Origin: Alphaproteobacteria bacterium
GTDB lineage: Bacteria > Pseudomonadota > Alphaproteobacteria > Rickettsiales > SXRF01
Reading direction: 5' to 3'
DNA length: 64,000 nucleotides
Assembly: GCA_033763575.1 (NCBI GenBank)
Contig: JANRKF010000026.1
Location: 3,076 to 67,075, forward strand
Positions 54,473 to 64,000 of the stretch are shown piece after piece. The notes under the pieces are model-generated. The model had not been told where the DNA came from. It made no database searches and was given only the letters and a program-made list of their open reading frames with translations. Within the stretch, counting starts at the first letter, position 1, and every line of letters begins with the position of its first letter. A program made the translations under genes and the position numbers.

Positions 54473-55435
54473 TTACTCGGCGAACAAGTCCGTGCTGATA
54501 TAGCGTTCGGCGGAGCTTGCGGCGATGACCACGATGGTTTTCCCTTTCATCTCCGGCCTCGCACCTACTTCAAGCGCCGCAGCGAGCGTGGCTCCCGAAG
54601 AAATCCCTACCGGCATGCCTTCGAGCTTCGAGGCCTTGCGTGCGGTGACGAAGGCCGTTTCATTGCTGATGGTGATGATTTCATCGATCACATCGCGCAC
54701 CAGCACGTCCGGCACGAATCCGGCGCCGATCCCCTGGATTTTGTGCGGACCGGGCTTGCCGCCGGAAAGCACCGGCGAATCTTCCGGCTCGACCGCGATG
54801 ATTTTTACGCCGGGTTTTTTGGCTTTCAGAACCTGCCCGGTGCCGGTGATAGTGCCGCCGGTGCCAACGCCGGTGATAAACACATCGACCTTGCCCGCCG
54901 TATCTTTCCAGATTTCTTCGGCGGTGGTAGCGCGGTGGATTTCCGGGTTGGAAGGATTTTTGAATTGCTGCAGCATCATTGCATTTTTGTTTTCGGTGAG
55001 GATTTCCTCGGCGCGTTCGATGGCGCCGCGCATGCCTTTGGCCGCGGGCGTGAGCTCCAGATTCGCGCCCAGGAATTTCAGCATCTTGCGGCGCTCTATC
55101 GACATGGATTCCGGCATGGTCAGCGTCAGTTTATAGCCTTTGGCCGCGCAGACAAACGCCAGCGCAATGCCGGTATTGCCGGAAGTCGGTTCGACAAACA
55201 CCGTGTCCGGCTTGATTTTCCCGGAGGCTTCGGCGGCTTCGACCATGGAGAGCGCAATGCGGTCTTTCACCGAGGAAAGCGGATTGAAAAATTCGCATTT
55301 CACCAGCACGTCGGCAACGCAGCCCGCCTCTTTGGCGAGACGGGAAACCCTTACCAGCGGCGTGTTGCCGATCGTGGCGACGATATTGTCATACACATGC
55401 CCGCGGCCGGGGGTATCGAGGGTGGTTTTGGTCAT
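54473..55435 (-). CDS. cysK: cysteine synthase A
   Basis: NPLSSVKDRI, PTSGNTG, GVGTGGT, PHKIQGIG. Confidence 0.96.
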   Translation of the reverse strand: MTKTTLDTPGRGHVYDNIVATIGNTPLVRVSRLAKEAGCVADVLVKCEFFNPLSSVKDRIALSMVEAAEASGKIKPDTVFVEPTSGNTGIALAFVCAAKGYKLTLTMPESMSIERRKMLKFLGANLELTPAAKGMRGAIERAEEILTENKNAMMLQQFKNPSNPEIHRATTAEEIWKDTAGKVDVFITGVGTGGTITGTGQVLKAKKPGVKIIAVEPEDSPVLSGGKPGPHKIQGIGAGFVPDVLVRDVIDEIITISNETAFVTARKASKLEGMPVGISSGATLAAALEVGARPEMKGKTIVVIAASSAERYISTDLFAE

Positions 55436-55444
55436 AACATTCTC

Positions 55445-55900
55445 CTATATTGTGAAGTCCAGTTTTTCTTCGGCGTGTTTTTTGATCTGTTTTTCCGACG
55501 CCTGCTCGCATAATGCGGCAAGGTTGACGTTTTCCAGCGTATCGAGCCAGACGGCAGTCGCTTTTTCCCATACCGGCATCACGATATTTTTTCCAAGCGG
55601 TGTGGCAGCGTAATTGCCGCCTTCCTTATTGCTATCTTCTTCCTGCAGCACCGTGCAGATATCGGCCAGCGAAATCCTCCGCCGCTCCTTTGCCAGCACA
55701 TAACCGCCTTTCGGGCCGCGAATGCCGCGCAATATGCCCGCATGCACCAGCTTCTGCATCAGCCCTTCCAGATAGCGCGGCGGAAGATGCTGCTTGGCGG
55801 CAATGTCGCGGCTGGAAATCGCCCCGCCCGACGTATTGTAGGCGATATATAACACCGCCTCCATCGCGCAAAACAGTTTGTTGGGAGCCATGGACATCAT
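55445..55900 (-). CDS. Rrf2 family transcriptional regulator
   Basis: [23 protein letters not shown]; ATGA overlap with dut. Confidence 0.92.
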   Translation of the reverse strand: MMSMAPNKLFCAMEAVLYIAYNTSGGAISSRDIAAKQHLPPRYLEGLMQKLVHAGILRGIRGPKGGYVLAKERRRISLADICTVLQEEDSNKEGGNYAATPLGKNIVMPVWEKATAVWLDTLENVNLAALCEQASEKQIKKHAEEKLDFTI

Positions 55901-56352
55901 GCTGTTTTCTTCACCCCCGTCGAGCCGAAGCCGCCCTCGCCGCGTGCCGTGTCGTCGAGCTTTTCCACCGGCGTCCACTGCACCTGCGATACCGGCGCAA
56001 TCACCATCTGCGCGATGCGGTCGCCACGCGAAATATTCACCTCTTCGCTGCCGAGATTAATCAGCAGCACTTTGATCTCGCCACGGTAATCGGCGTCGAT
56101 GGTGCCGGGCGAATTGAGCAGCGTGATGCCGGATTTAAGCGCGAGGCCGGAACGCGGACGGAGCTGCGCCTCGAAACCGCGTGGCAGGGCGATCATGATC
56201 CCGGTGGGAACCAGCATGCGCTGCATCGGTGCCAGCCGCAGGTCCGAGCCGATGGCCGCCATCAGGTCAACCCCGGCGCTGTCCGTGGTCGCATAGGCCG
56301 GAAGCGGCAGGTTTTCCGCGTGCGGCAGCTGGGTGATTTGTACGTCGGTCAT
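55897..56352 (-). CDS. dut: dUTP diphosphatase
   Basis: [32 protein letters not shown]. Confidence 0.97.
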   Translation of the reverse strand: MTDVQITQLPHAENLPLPAYATTDSAGVDLMAAIGSDLRLAPMQRMLVPTGIMIALPRGFEAQLRPRSGLALKSGITLLNSPGTIDADYRGEIKVLLINLGSEEVNISRGDRIAQMVIAPVSQVQWTPVEKLDDTARGEGGFGSTGVKKTA

Positions 56353-56993
56353 GATGCGCTCCGTTGTTTGAGTATTTCTTCGGCCAGTTTTTCGGCGATC
56401 TGTATTTTGCTCATGCGCGGCCAGCGCTCTTCACTGCCTTTTTTGATGAGGATGATCTGGTTGTCGTCCTTGCCGAAGGCCTGGCCCTCGGAGACGTCAT
56501 TGGCGATCATCCAGTCACAGCCTTTGCGTTTCAGTTTGCCTTGTGCATTTTGCTCCACCATTTCCGTTTCGGCAGCGAAACCGATAACGATTTCCGGGCG
56601 GTGCGTCGGATGGCTGGCGATATGGGCGAGGATGTCCGGGTTTTCGATCAGCGCGAGCTGCGGCACATCGCCGCTCGCCGCTTTTTTGAGTTTCTGCGCC
56701 GAAGGTTTCGACACGCGCCAGTCGGCGACGGCGGCGGCGCACACCGCGATGTCCACCGGCAGGCAGCGTTCGCAGGCGGCGAGCATTTCCTCGGCGGTTT
56801 CCACATGCACCACATTCATATGTTCAGGGTCGGGCAGCGCGGTCGGGCCGGAGACCAGCGTCACCTCCACCCCCGCTTTGGCGAGCGCGGCGGCGATGGC
56901 ATGGCCCTGCTTGCCCGACGAGCGGTTGGTGATATAGCGCACCGGGTCGATGGGCTCCTGCGTCGGGCCGCTTGTCACGAGCGCTTTCATCAC
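56349..56993 (-). CDS. coaB: phosphopantothenate--cysteine ligase (stand-alone)
   Basis: [38 protein letters not shown]. Confidence 0.92.
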   Translation of the reverse strand: MMKALVTSGPTQEPIDPVRYITNRSSGKQGHAIAAALAKAGVEVTLVSGPTALPDPEHMNVVHVETAEEMLAACERCLPVDIAVCAAAVADWRVSKPSAQKLKKAASGDVPQLALIENPDILAHIASHPTHRPEIVIGFAAETEMVEQNAQGKLKRKGCDWMIANDVSEGQAFGKDDNQIILIKKGSEERWPRMSKIQIAEKLAEEILKQRSAS

Positions 56994-57517
56994 TTCATTC
57001 CCAACGCAGCAATAATGGTCTCGACATCCGCCATCCGGCCCGCGCCGATTTCACCGCAGGCCAGCGCGCCGCTTTCAGGCTCGATGATTGACACACCATC
57101 TTTTTTGATCTGCTCGATATTGCGTTTGGTCGCCGGATGCGCCCACATTTCCTTGTTCATCGCCGGTGCTACGAATAACGGCCGGGTGTTTGCAAGCAAG
57201 GTGGCGGTGGCGAGATCGTCGGCAAAACCGTGGGCCATTTTGGCGATGATGTCGGCGGAGGCAGGAGCCACGATGACCAGGTCGGCCTCGCGGGCAAGGC
57301 GGATATGGCCCATCTCAGCCTCGTCTTTCAGGCTCCACAGGTCGGTATATACCGGATTTTCCGAAAGCGCCGCCACCGACATGGGCGTGACGAACTGCGC
57401 ACCACCCGCCGTCACAATGCAGCGCACATTGAGGCCGCGCTCGCGCAGGCGGCGGATTAAATCGAGTGATTTATAGGCGGCGACGCTGCCGGAAATAATG
57501 AGAAGGATGTTTTTCAT
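56990..57517 (-). CDS. coaC: phosphopantothenoylcysteine decarboxylase (stand-alone)
   Basis: SGSVAAYK, GHIRLAR, APAMN, LACGE.G.GRM. Confidence 0.92.
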   Translation of the reverse strand: MKNILLIISGSVAAYKSLDLIRRLRERGLNVRCIVTAGGAQFVTPMSVAALSENPVYTDLWSLKDEAEMGHIRLAREADLVIVAPASADIIAKMAHGFADDLATATLLANTRPLFVAPAMNKEMWAHPATKRNIEQIKKDGVSIIEPESGALACGEIGAGRMADVETIIAALGMK

Positions 57518-57623
57518 GTGAAATAATATATTATACGCGTGAACCGTGTAAATAGAGCATTATGGGCGGTTTTACAAGTTTCAAGATGACGAAAGCAAAA
57601 AAATGGCTATATTGGCCAGCCTT

Positions 57624-58160
57624 ATGACCGATATTGTCTATGATATTCCCACCAGGAGCGATGTAGAAAGCCGCCATACCCTCGCCGTGCTGGTGGATAA
57701 CGAATTCGGCGTGCTGGCCCGCGTCATCGGGCTTTTCTCCGGCCGTGGCTATAACATCGAATCGCTGACCGTGGCCGAGGTGGAGCATGAGAGCAAGCGT
57801 TCACGCATCACGATTGTGACGAGCGGCACCGAGGTGGTCATCGAGCAGATCAAGCGCCTGCTGGAGCGGATGGTGCCGGTGTATAAGGTGCATGACCTCA
57901 CGGTCGAAGGGCCACATGTGGAGCGTGAGCTGGCGCTGGTGAAAATCGTCGGTGGGGAAGATACGCGGCTGGAGGCGCTGCGCATCGCCGATATTTTCCG
58001 GGCGAAGGTGGTCGATTCCACCAGCGAATCCTTTGTGTTCGAGCTGACCGGCGAGCTGGCCAAGATCGATGAGTTCATCGCACATCTGCGCCCGCTGGGG
58101 CTTGCGGAAATCTGCCGCACCGGTGTCGCCGCCATGAGCCGCGGCAAACAACCGATTTAG
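57624..58160 (+). CDS. ilvN: acetolactate synthase small subunit
   Basis: LVDNEFGVLARVIGLFSGRGYNIESLTV, ERELALVK. Confidence 0.95.
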   Translation: MTDIVYDIPTRSDVESRHTLAVLVDNEFGVLARVIGLFSGRGYNIESLTVAEVEHESKRSRITIVTSGTEVVIEQIKRLLERMVPVYKVHDLTVEGPHVERELALVKIVGGEDTRLEALRIADIFRAKVVDSTSESFVFELTGELAKIDEFIAHLRPLGLAEICRTGVAAMSRGKQPI

Positions 58161-58213
58161 TCTTTGGTCTTTCGTCGCTGGTCTTTGGATAATTTACCAT
58201 CGACCATCTACTA
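58157..58213. repeat. heptamer pair (TGGTCTT / ACCATCG) between convergent ilvN and dapB
   Basis: tagtctt tggtctt tcgtcgc tggtctt tgg ... accatcg accatct acta. Confidence 0.72.
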
Positions 58214-58981
58214 ATTCAGTACATCCCGCATGGAATAGAGGCCGGGCTTTTGCTTTTTGGCCCAGAACGCGGCGGCCAGCGCTCCTTTCGCATAAATCTC
58301 GCGGGAAAAGCCCTGGTGTTTCAGCTCCAACACTTCGCCGCCGCCAGCGAAGGTGACGGTGTGAATGCCCACCACATCGCCGCCGCGTGCTACCGAGAAA
58401 CCAATATCACCGGGTTTGCGGAGGCCATCGCGGTCGATGGATTTTTTATCGGCGAGCGCGACACCACGCCCACGGGCGGCGGCCTCACCCAGCATCAGCG
58501 CCGTACCCGATGGCGCATCTTTTTTGTGTTTATGATGCATCTCGAAAATTTCGATGTCGACATCGTCGGCCAGTTTCCTCGCCGCTTCCTCGACCAGCCG
58601 CTCCAGCAGATTCACACCCAGCGAAAAATTACCCGACTGGACGATGCATGCCTTATGCGCAAAACCCGCCAGTTTTTTCTGTTCCTCGGCAGAAAAACCG
58701 GTGGTGCCGACAATATGGATGCCGCCTTTGGCGCTTACTGCTTCGGCAATCGCTAGTGTGTGGGCAGGCGAGGTGAAATCGATCACCGCATCGGCAGCAT
58801 TCACCAATGTCTGCACATCCGGCGTAATAAAAATATGCGAAGCGCCGAGCGCCGCAAGCCGCGCCGCATCCACCGCGCCCTGTTCGCTGCCGGCGGCGAG
58901 TGTGAAACGCTCATCGGCCAGTGTCGCTGTAATTAATGTCTGGCCCATCCGGCCAAGGCAGCCTGCAATCGCAATTTTCAT
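58211..58981 (-). CDS. dapB: 4-hydroxy-tetrahydrodipicolinate reductase
   Basis: GCLGRMG, GTTG, EMHHKHKKDAPSGTA. Confidence 0.96.
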   Translation of the reverse strand: MKIAIAGCLGRMGQTLITATLADERFTLAAGSEQGAVDAARLAALGASHIFITPDVQTLVNAADAVIDFTSPAHTLAIAEAVSAKGGIHIVGTTGFSAEEQKKLAGFAHKACIVQSGNFSLGVNLLERLVEEAARKLADDVDIEIFEMHHKHKKDAPSGTALMLGEAAARGRGVALADKKSIDRDGLRKPGDIGFSVARGGDVVGIHTVTFAGGGEVLELKHQGFSREIYAKGALAAAFWAKKQKPGLYSMRDVLN

Positions 58982-58991
58982 AGATTCTCCT

Positions 58992-59082
58992 CGTCATTGC
59001 GAGCGTAGCGAAGCAATCCAGAAAATCAAGGTGGGATTGGCAAGATGGATTGCCACGTCGCCTATGGCTCCTCGCAATGACG
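58992..59082. repeat. GTCATTGCGAG...CTCGCAATGAC palindromic element
   Basis: cgtcattgcgag cgtagcgaagcaatcca ... tggattgc cacgtcg...ctcgcaatgacg; partial relative at 26787-26863. Confidence 0.85.
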
Positions 59083-59083
59083 C

Positions 59084-60238
59084 CTATTCGCGGGTTCCCC
59101 AGAATTCCTTCATCTTCGAGAAGAATTTTTCGCTTTGCGGGCTGGTGTGGCTTTCATCATCCAGCTTTTCGAATTCCTTGAGCAGCTCGCGTTGTTTTTT
59201 GGAAAGCTTGGTCGGGGTTTCGATCTGCGCGTGCAGATACATATCGCCACGGTGGCTGCTGCGTAAAACTGAGAAACCCTTGCCCTTCACGCGGAACTGG
59301 TGGCCCGCCTGCGTGCCTTCCGGAATGGTAACTTTCACCCTGCTGCCGTCGATGGTCGGCATTTCGACGCTGCCGCCCATGATGGCGGTGGTCATTTTGA
59401 TCGGCACGGTGCAATGGATGTCGGCGCCTTCGCGCTCGAAGATCGGGTGGGGTTTGACCGCGAGGAAGATGTAGAGATCGCCGGACGGGCCGCCGCGTGC
59501 GCCCGCCTCGCCTTCCCCGGCCAGCCGGATGCGGGTGCCTTCCTCCACGCCCGCCGGGATATTGACCGAGAGGGTTTTTTCCTTGCGGGTGCGCCCGGTG
59601 CCCGCGCAGTTTTTGCAGGGGTTTTTGATGACCTTGCCGCTTCCCTGGCAGCTATGGCAGGTGCGCTCGACGGTGAAAAATCCCTGGCTGGCGCGCACGC
59701 GGCCCACGCCGCCGCACGCCCCGCACATTTCCGGCTTGGAGCCTTTTTCCGCGCCTGAGCCGTGACATACTTCGCAGGAAACTGCCGTCGTCACCTTGAT
59801 CGATTCATTTTTGCCTTTGAAAGCTTCTTCCAGCGAGATTTGCAGGTTATAGCGCAAATCGGCGCCACGCGCTGCCTGTTGCTGTCCGCTAGCGCGCCGT
59901 CCGCCGCCACCACCAAACGCGCCGCCGAACAAATCCTCGAAAATATCGGAGAAGCTGCCGGAGAAATCAAACCCGCCTGCGCCCGCTCCACCTGCACCAC
60001 CCATGCCGCCTTCAAACGCGGCATGTCCCATGCGGTCATAGGCCGCACGTTTTTGCGGGTCGGAAAGAATGTCGTAAGCGTGGGATGCTTCCTTGAATTT
60101 TTCCTCGGCTTTTTTATCGCCGGGGTTGCGGTCGGGATGCAGCTGCATGGCGAGCTTGCGATAGGCTTTTTTCAGCTCATCGTCACTGGCGTTTTTGGCA
60201 ACGCCGAGCACTTCATAGAAATCTTTTTTATCGGCCAT
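59084..60238 (-). CDS. dnaJ: chaperone DnaJ
   Basis: HPD, G/F region, four CxxCxGxG repeats. Confidence 0.98.
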   Translation of the reverse strand: MADKKDFYEVLGVAKNASDDELKKAYRKLAMQLHPDRNPGDKKAEEKFKEASHAYDILSDPQKRAAYDRMGHAAFEGGMGGAGGAGAGGFDFSGSFSDIFEDLFGGAFGGGGGRRASGQQQAARGADLRYNLQISLEEAFKGKNESIKVTTAVSCEVCHGSGAEKGSKPEMCGACGGVGRVRASQGFFTVERTCHSCQGSGKVIKNPCKNCAGTGRTRKEKTLSVNIPAGVEEGTRIRLAGEGEAGARGGPSGDLYIFLAVKPHPIFEREGADIHCTVPIKMTTAIMGGSVEMPTIDGSRVKVTIPEGTQAGHQFRVKGKGFSVLRSSHRGDMYLHAQIETPTKLSKKQRELLKEFEKLDDESHTSPQSEKFFSKMKEFWGTRE

Positions 60239-60248
60239 GGGAGAATAA

Positions 60249-60308
60249 TGGTGGTTGGTTGATGGTTGATAGTGCAATTACCATCAACCATCAACGATCA
60301 ACTGACTA
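60249..60308. repeat. inverted heptamer pair (GGTTGAT / ATCAACC) at dnaK-dnaJ junction
   Basis: ggttgat ggttgat agt ... accatca accatca acgatca act. Confidence 0.87.
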
Positions 60309-60310
60309 TT

Positions 60311-62254
60311 TCAGCCGTTATTTTTCTTTTTGTTTTCTTCGACTTCCTCGAAATCGGCATCGACGACGGTGCCGCCATCCTCCGCCGAAGCGGTTGCGCC
60401 GTCATTGCTGTCGGTTGCCTGCTGCGCTCCTTGCGCTTTCTCCTGCTCAGCTTTATAGAGCGCTTCGCCGAGTTTCATGCTCGATTGCGTGAGCGTCTGG
60501 GTGGCGGTTTCGATACGCGAGGCATCATCGGAGGCCACGGCTTCTTTGAGGCTCGCCGCATCTTTTTCGATCTGCTCCTTGTCGGCAGCGGGGATTTTAT
60601 CGCCCTGTTCCTTCAGGTTTTTCTCGATCGAATGCAGCAGGCTTTCCGCCTGGTTTTTGGCTTCCACCGCCGCACGGCGTTTTTTATCGGCTTCGGCATT
60701 GGCTTCGCCTTCTTTCACCATGCGCTCGATGTCGGCGTCGCTCAAGCCGCCGCTCGCCTGGATGCGAATCTGCTGCTCCTTGCCGGTTGCTTTATCTTTG
60801 GCGCTGACATTCACGATGCCGTTGGCGTCGATGTCGAACGTCACTTCGATTTGCGGCATGCCGCGTGCGGCCGGGGGCAGGCCCACCAAATCAAACTGGC
60901 CGAGCAGCTTGTTATCCGCCGCCATTTCACGCTCGCCCTGGAAGACGCGGATGGTAACCGCCGTCTGGTTATCATCAGCGGTGGAGAAGGTCTGCGATTT
61001 CTTAGTTGGGATGGTGGTGTTGCGGTCGATAAGACGCGTAAACACGCCGCCCAGCGTTTCGATACCGAGCGAGAGCGGGGTCACGTCGAGCAGCAGCACG
61101 TCTTTCACGTCGCCTTTTAACACCGCCCCCTGAATGGCCGCGCCCATGGCGACGACTTCATCCGGGTTCACGCCTTTATGCGGTTCCTTGCCGAAGAAGT
61201 TCTTCACCGCTTCGATCACTTTCGGCATGCGGGTCATGCCACCCACCAGAATCACCTCGTCGATCTGGCTGGCCGAGATACCGGCATCTTTCAGCGCGTT
61301 TTTGCACGGCTCGATGGTTTTGGCGATCAGATCATCGACCAGCGATTCGAGCTTGGCGCGGGAAAGCTTGATGTTTAAGTGTTTCGGACCATTCTGGTCG
61401 GCGGTGATGAAGGGCAGGTTCACATCGGTCTGCATCGAGTTCGACAGCTCGATTTTCGCTTTTTCCGCCGCTTCTTTGAGGCGCTGCAGGGCGAGCTTAT
61501 CGCCGCGCAGGTCAATGCCTTGTTCTTTTTTGAATTCGTCGGCGAGGAAATCGATCACGCGCATGTCGAAATCTTCACCGCCAAGGAACGTATCGCCACC
61601 CGTGGCTTTCACTTCGAACACGCCATCTTCGATATCGAGAATGGACACGTCGAACGTGCCGCCGCCAAGGTCATACACGGCAACGGTTTTGGATTTTTTG
61701 GTGTCTTTATCGATGCCGTACGCAAGCGCTGCCGCGGTCGGCTCGTTGATGATGCGCAACACTTCGAGACCGGCGATTTTCCCGGCGTCTTTGGTGGCCT
61801 GCCGCTGGGCGTCGTTGAAATAGGCCGGCACGGTGATTACCGCCTGCGATACGCCTTCGCCAAGATAGGCTTCCGCCACCTCTTTCATTTTGGTGAGGAT
61901 GAAGGCGGAAATCTGCGATGGCGAATATTTTTCGCCGCGTGATTCCACCCATGCATCGCCATTATCGGCTTTGACGATTTTATAGGGAACGAGGCCCATG
62001 TCTTTTTTCACCATCGGGTCGGTGAAATTGCGGCCGATGAGGCGCTTGATGGCAAACAGGGTGTTTTCCGGGTTGGTCACGGCCTGGCGTTTCGCACCGT
62101 CGCCGACCAGCCGTTCGCCGGATTCGGTGAGCGCCACGATCGACGGCACAACGTTGCGGCCTTCCTGGCTGTGGATGACTTTTACCGAGCCGCCTTCCAT
62201 GATGGCGACGCAGCTATTGGTGGTGCCTAAATCGATACCGATGACTTTACTCAT
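60311..62254 (-). CDS. dnaK: chaperone DnaK
   Basis: [26 protein letters not shown]. Confidence 0.98.
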   Translation of the reverse strand: MSKVIGIDLGTTNSCVAIMEGGSVKVIHSQEGRNVVPSIVALTESGERLVGDGAKRQAVTNPENTLFAIKRLIGRNFTDPMVKKDMGLVPYKIVKADNGDAWVESRGEKYSPSQISAFILTKMKEVAEAYLGEGVSQAVITVPAYFNDAQRQATKDAGKIAGLEVLRIINEPTAAALAYGIDKDTKKSKTVAVYDLGGGTFDVSILDIEDGVFEVKATGGDTFLGGEDFDMRVIDFLADEFKKEQGIDLRGDKLALQRLKEAAEKAKIELSNSMQTDVNLPFITADQNGPKHLNIKLSRAKLESLVDDLIAKTIEPCKNALKDAGISASQIDEVILVGGMTRMPKVIEAVKNFFGKEPHKGVNPDEVVAMGAAIQGAVLKGDVKDVLLLDVTPLSLGIETLGGVFTRLIDRNTTIPTKKSQTFSTADDNQTAVTIRVFQGEREMAADNKLLGQFDLVGLPPAARGMPQIEVTFDIDANGIVNVSAKDKATGKEQQIRIQASGGLSDADIERMVKEGEANAEADKKRRAAVEAKNQAESLLHSIEKNLKEQGDKIPAADKEQIEKDAASLKEAVASDDASRIETATQTLTQSSMKLGEALYKAEQEKAQGAQQATDSNDGATASAEDGGTVVDADFEEVEENKKKNNG

Positions 62255-62270
62255 ATGTTGCTCTCCTTTT

Positions 62271-62400
62271 TGCAAACTCTACTGCCACTGCAAATCTGCT
62301 TGCGATGGAGCCTCGCTCGGCTCGGTCATGTACTTGCATGTACATTCCCTTCGCCTCGGTTTCCATCGCTTCGCGCTTTATCGCGGCAGCGAGTTTTGTG
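62271..62400. repeat. about 130-nt palindromic element in dnaK leader
   Basis: gcaaact..ctgcc / ggcagc..agttttgt outer stem, gcgatgga / tccatcgc stem, atgtac / gtacat centre. Confidence 0.65.
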
Positions 62401-62433
62401 TCGTGATGTGGTTTATTAAGTTAGACGAAGGGG

Positions 62434-62461
62434 ATATAAGGGCAAAAAATATGATTTCAAG
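62434..62461 (-). promoter_or_regulatory. RpoH (sigma-32) promoter of dnaKJ
   Basis: minus strand CTTG-N17-CTTATAT matches alphaproteobacterial RpoH consensus CTTG-N17-CYTATNT. Confidence 0.78.
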
Positions 62462-62575
62462 CCCGGCCTTGCGTGTAAGAAAAAATATTTTTACAGAATA
62501 GTTAATTTATTAACTATTTATTAGTTATTAAGCTTCATTAATAGTCGTACATTCTTATTTCGGGGGAAATAATTC

Positions 62576-62857
62576 ATGACGAATGCAACTAAAATGGTAG
62601 AAGCAGCGCGGGAACTCTTAAGAAATTCTGGATATTTTGTGGAGAATTTGTGGCATGTGGATGATATCCATTTTATTTGCGAACAGAACGACCTTCCCAA
62701 AGTGACCGATGCAGAAGCTCAGGAGATATTCAAAATCGCGCATGAACAATTCGATGGCGAAAGCGGCCTTTCCTGGCCGCAACTGGAAAAAGCGCTGAAT
62801 ACCTACCTACTCAGGAAGGCGCTGCTGGAAGGGTTGTGCGCGGCGAAGGCGGGGTAG
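62576..62857 (+). CDS. hypothetical protein (93 aa)
   Basis: GGGGGA RBS, AT-rich upstream region, acidic helical-looking ORF. Confidence 0.65.
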   Translation: MTNATKMVEAARELLRNSGYFVENLWHVDDIHFICEQNDLPKVTDAEAQEIFKIAHEQFDGESGLSWPQLEKALNTYLLRKALLEGLCAAKAG

Positions 62858-62860
62858 CGA

Positions 62861-63121
62861 TTACTTCGCTTCGTCTTTTTTATCTTCTGGTTTTGCAGCG
62901 CCTTTAACCGCGCCGAAGCTGCCGAACTTGTTCTGGAATTTTTCCATCTGGCCGGTTTTACGCAGATTGATGCCGCCGACCCATGCCGGATGCGTTTTCG
63001 GATCCACATCGAGCAGCAGCGTATCGCCTTCTTTACCCCAGGTGGAGCGGCTTTCATATTTGAAACCATCCGACATCTGGATGAAGATTTTATGGTAGTC
63101 CGGGTGAATGTTCGCTTTCAT
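62861..63121 (-). CDS. rpmE: 50S ribosomal protein L31
   Basis: [21 protein letters not shown]; Cys-free type. Confidence 0.95.
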   Translation of the reverse strand: MKANIHPDYHKIFIQMSDGFKYESRSTWGKEGDTLLLDVDPKTHPAWVGGINLRKTGQMEKFQNKFGSFGAVKGAAKPEDKKDEAK

Positions 63122-63282
63122 GACAGGCTCATTTCTAATGTTCAGGGGCCACGTGATTAGCCCAAGCGCCCGGTAATTTCAAGCAGAATCGTCCCGTTTT
63201 CCCTAACTTTCCCGAAAAAACTTGAAAAACAAGTCACTAGCCGTTACACGGCATGGGTCCCCGCCTACATGGGGATTGGCAT

Positions 63283-63358
63283 GGGGGGATAGCTCAGCGG
63301 TTAGAGCAGGGCGCTCATAACGCCTTGGCCGGGGGTTCAAATCCCTCTCCCCCCACCA
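63283..63358 (+). tRNA. tRNA with CAT anticodon, probably tRNA-Ile2 (elongator Met not excluded)
   Basis: GGGGGGA/TCCCCCC acceptor, TAGCTCAG D arm, GCG-CTCATAA-CGC, GGTTCAAATCC, encoded CCA; 76 nt. Confidence 0.9.
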
Positions 63359-63411
63359 CGCTTCGCCTTCGGCTTCGGGTGTCTACTAAACGACTTTGAG
63401 GGAGTAGAATT

Positions 63412-64000
63412 ATGCAACAATCACGTATGACACGGGCAGAGACGTCTGCAATCATAGCGCCTGCACAGCGGGTGGAATTTAATCGGGATGGATTCTTAAT
63501 ATTGCGTGGCGCACTTAAAGAAGCTGCGGCTTTTCACGCCCTTATAAACGAGCTGGAGAATTATGCGCGAACCTTCGCGACGGATTTTAGTTTATCGAAT
63601 CCTGCCTCCGTGCTGGCGCTTGCTGCAGACGATCGCACGACGCTTTATTGCGGCCTGCGTTACCTGCCCAGTCTCTACCGTTTTGTTAGTGACGATCTGA
63701 TCCTTTCGATCTCGCGGGCGCTGGGGATTGCATTTCCGGGCATCGAACTGTTCAACAATATCCGCATGGATCTGCCGGGTGAAGACCAATATTTGTTCCA
63801 GTGGCATCAGGACATCACCTATAACCTCGGCTCAGCCAACTGCCTGACCTACTGGATCCCGCTATCGAAAACCGGGGCGCATTACGGCGGCATCGAGGTC
63901 ATTCCCGGCAGCCATAAGCGCGGCATATGGCCGTGCGAGGTGGTGAACCCGCAAGGCAAAAGCGGCTTACTTACGACACGCGATATCGTGATTACGGAGC
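63412..64000 (+). CDS. PhyH family Fe(II)/2-oxoglutarate dioxygenase, truncated by window end
   Basis: Manual translation: FNRDGFLIL, FQWHQD, YWIPL, IEVIPGSH; GAGGGAG RBS. Confidence 0.85.
   Translation, partial: MQQSRMTRAETSAIIAPAQRVEFNRDGFLILRGALKEAAAFHALINELENYARTFATDFSLSNPASVLALAADDRTTLYCGLRYLPSLYRFVSDDLILSISRALGIAFPGIELFNNIRMDLPGEDQYLFQWHQDITYNLGSANCLTYWIPLSKTGAHYGGIEVIPGSHKRGIWPCEVVNPQGKSGLLTTRDIVITE

Overview
Core chromosomal segment of a GC-rich alphaproteobacterium (inferred from the parS consensus, an RpoH-type dnaK promoter, atpHAGDC-priA and mdh-sucCD gene order). About 65 CDSs, nearly all housekeeping: aroKB, xerD, his genes, gcdH, ribE, ampG, kdsB, cytochrome c, yejABEF, mnmE-mnmG-rsmG-parAB with three parS sites, holA-lptE-leuS, porin, F1 ATP synthase, priA, sucCD-mdh, mlaEF, alr, dnaB, cysK, dut, split coaC/coaB, dapB, dnaKJ, rpmE, plus one CAT-anticodon tRNA. 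No CRISPR array, IS or prophage was seen. The unusual signal is small-scale. (1) Many unrelated 7-nt and 8-nt tandem-repeat families occur as inverted hairpin pairs at gene junctions, with the G-rich arm first, and as frame-preserving inserts in conserved proteins (XerD, HisH, KdsB, YejA/F, MnmE, LeuS, YggS, PriA, HisF, Alr). (2) Eight copies of a REP-doublet-like CCCCGC..GCGGGG element, some straddling start codons and one read in frame inside atpG. (3) A DUF4258/DUF2283 toxin-antitoxin-like pair inside the ATP synthase operon, preceded by a synonymously recoded duplicate of the first 20 atpG codons. (4) Other solo foreign-looking genes slotted into core operons. All family assignments come from motif recognition by eye; no searches were run.
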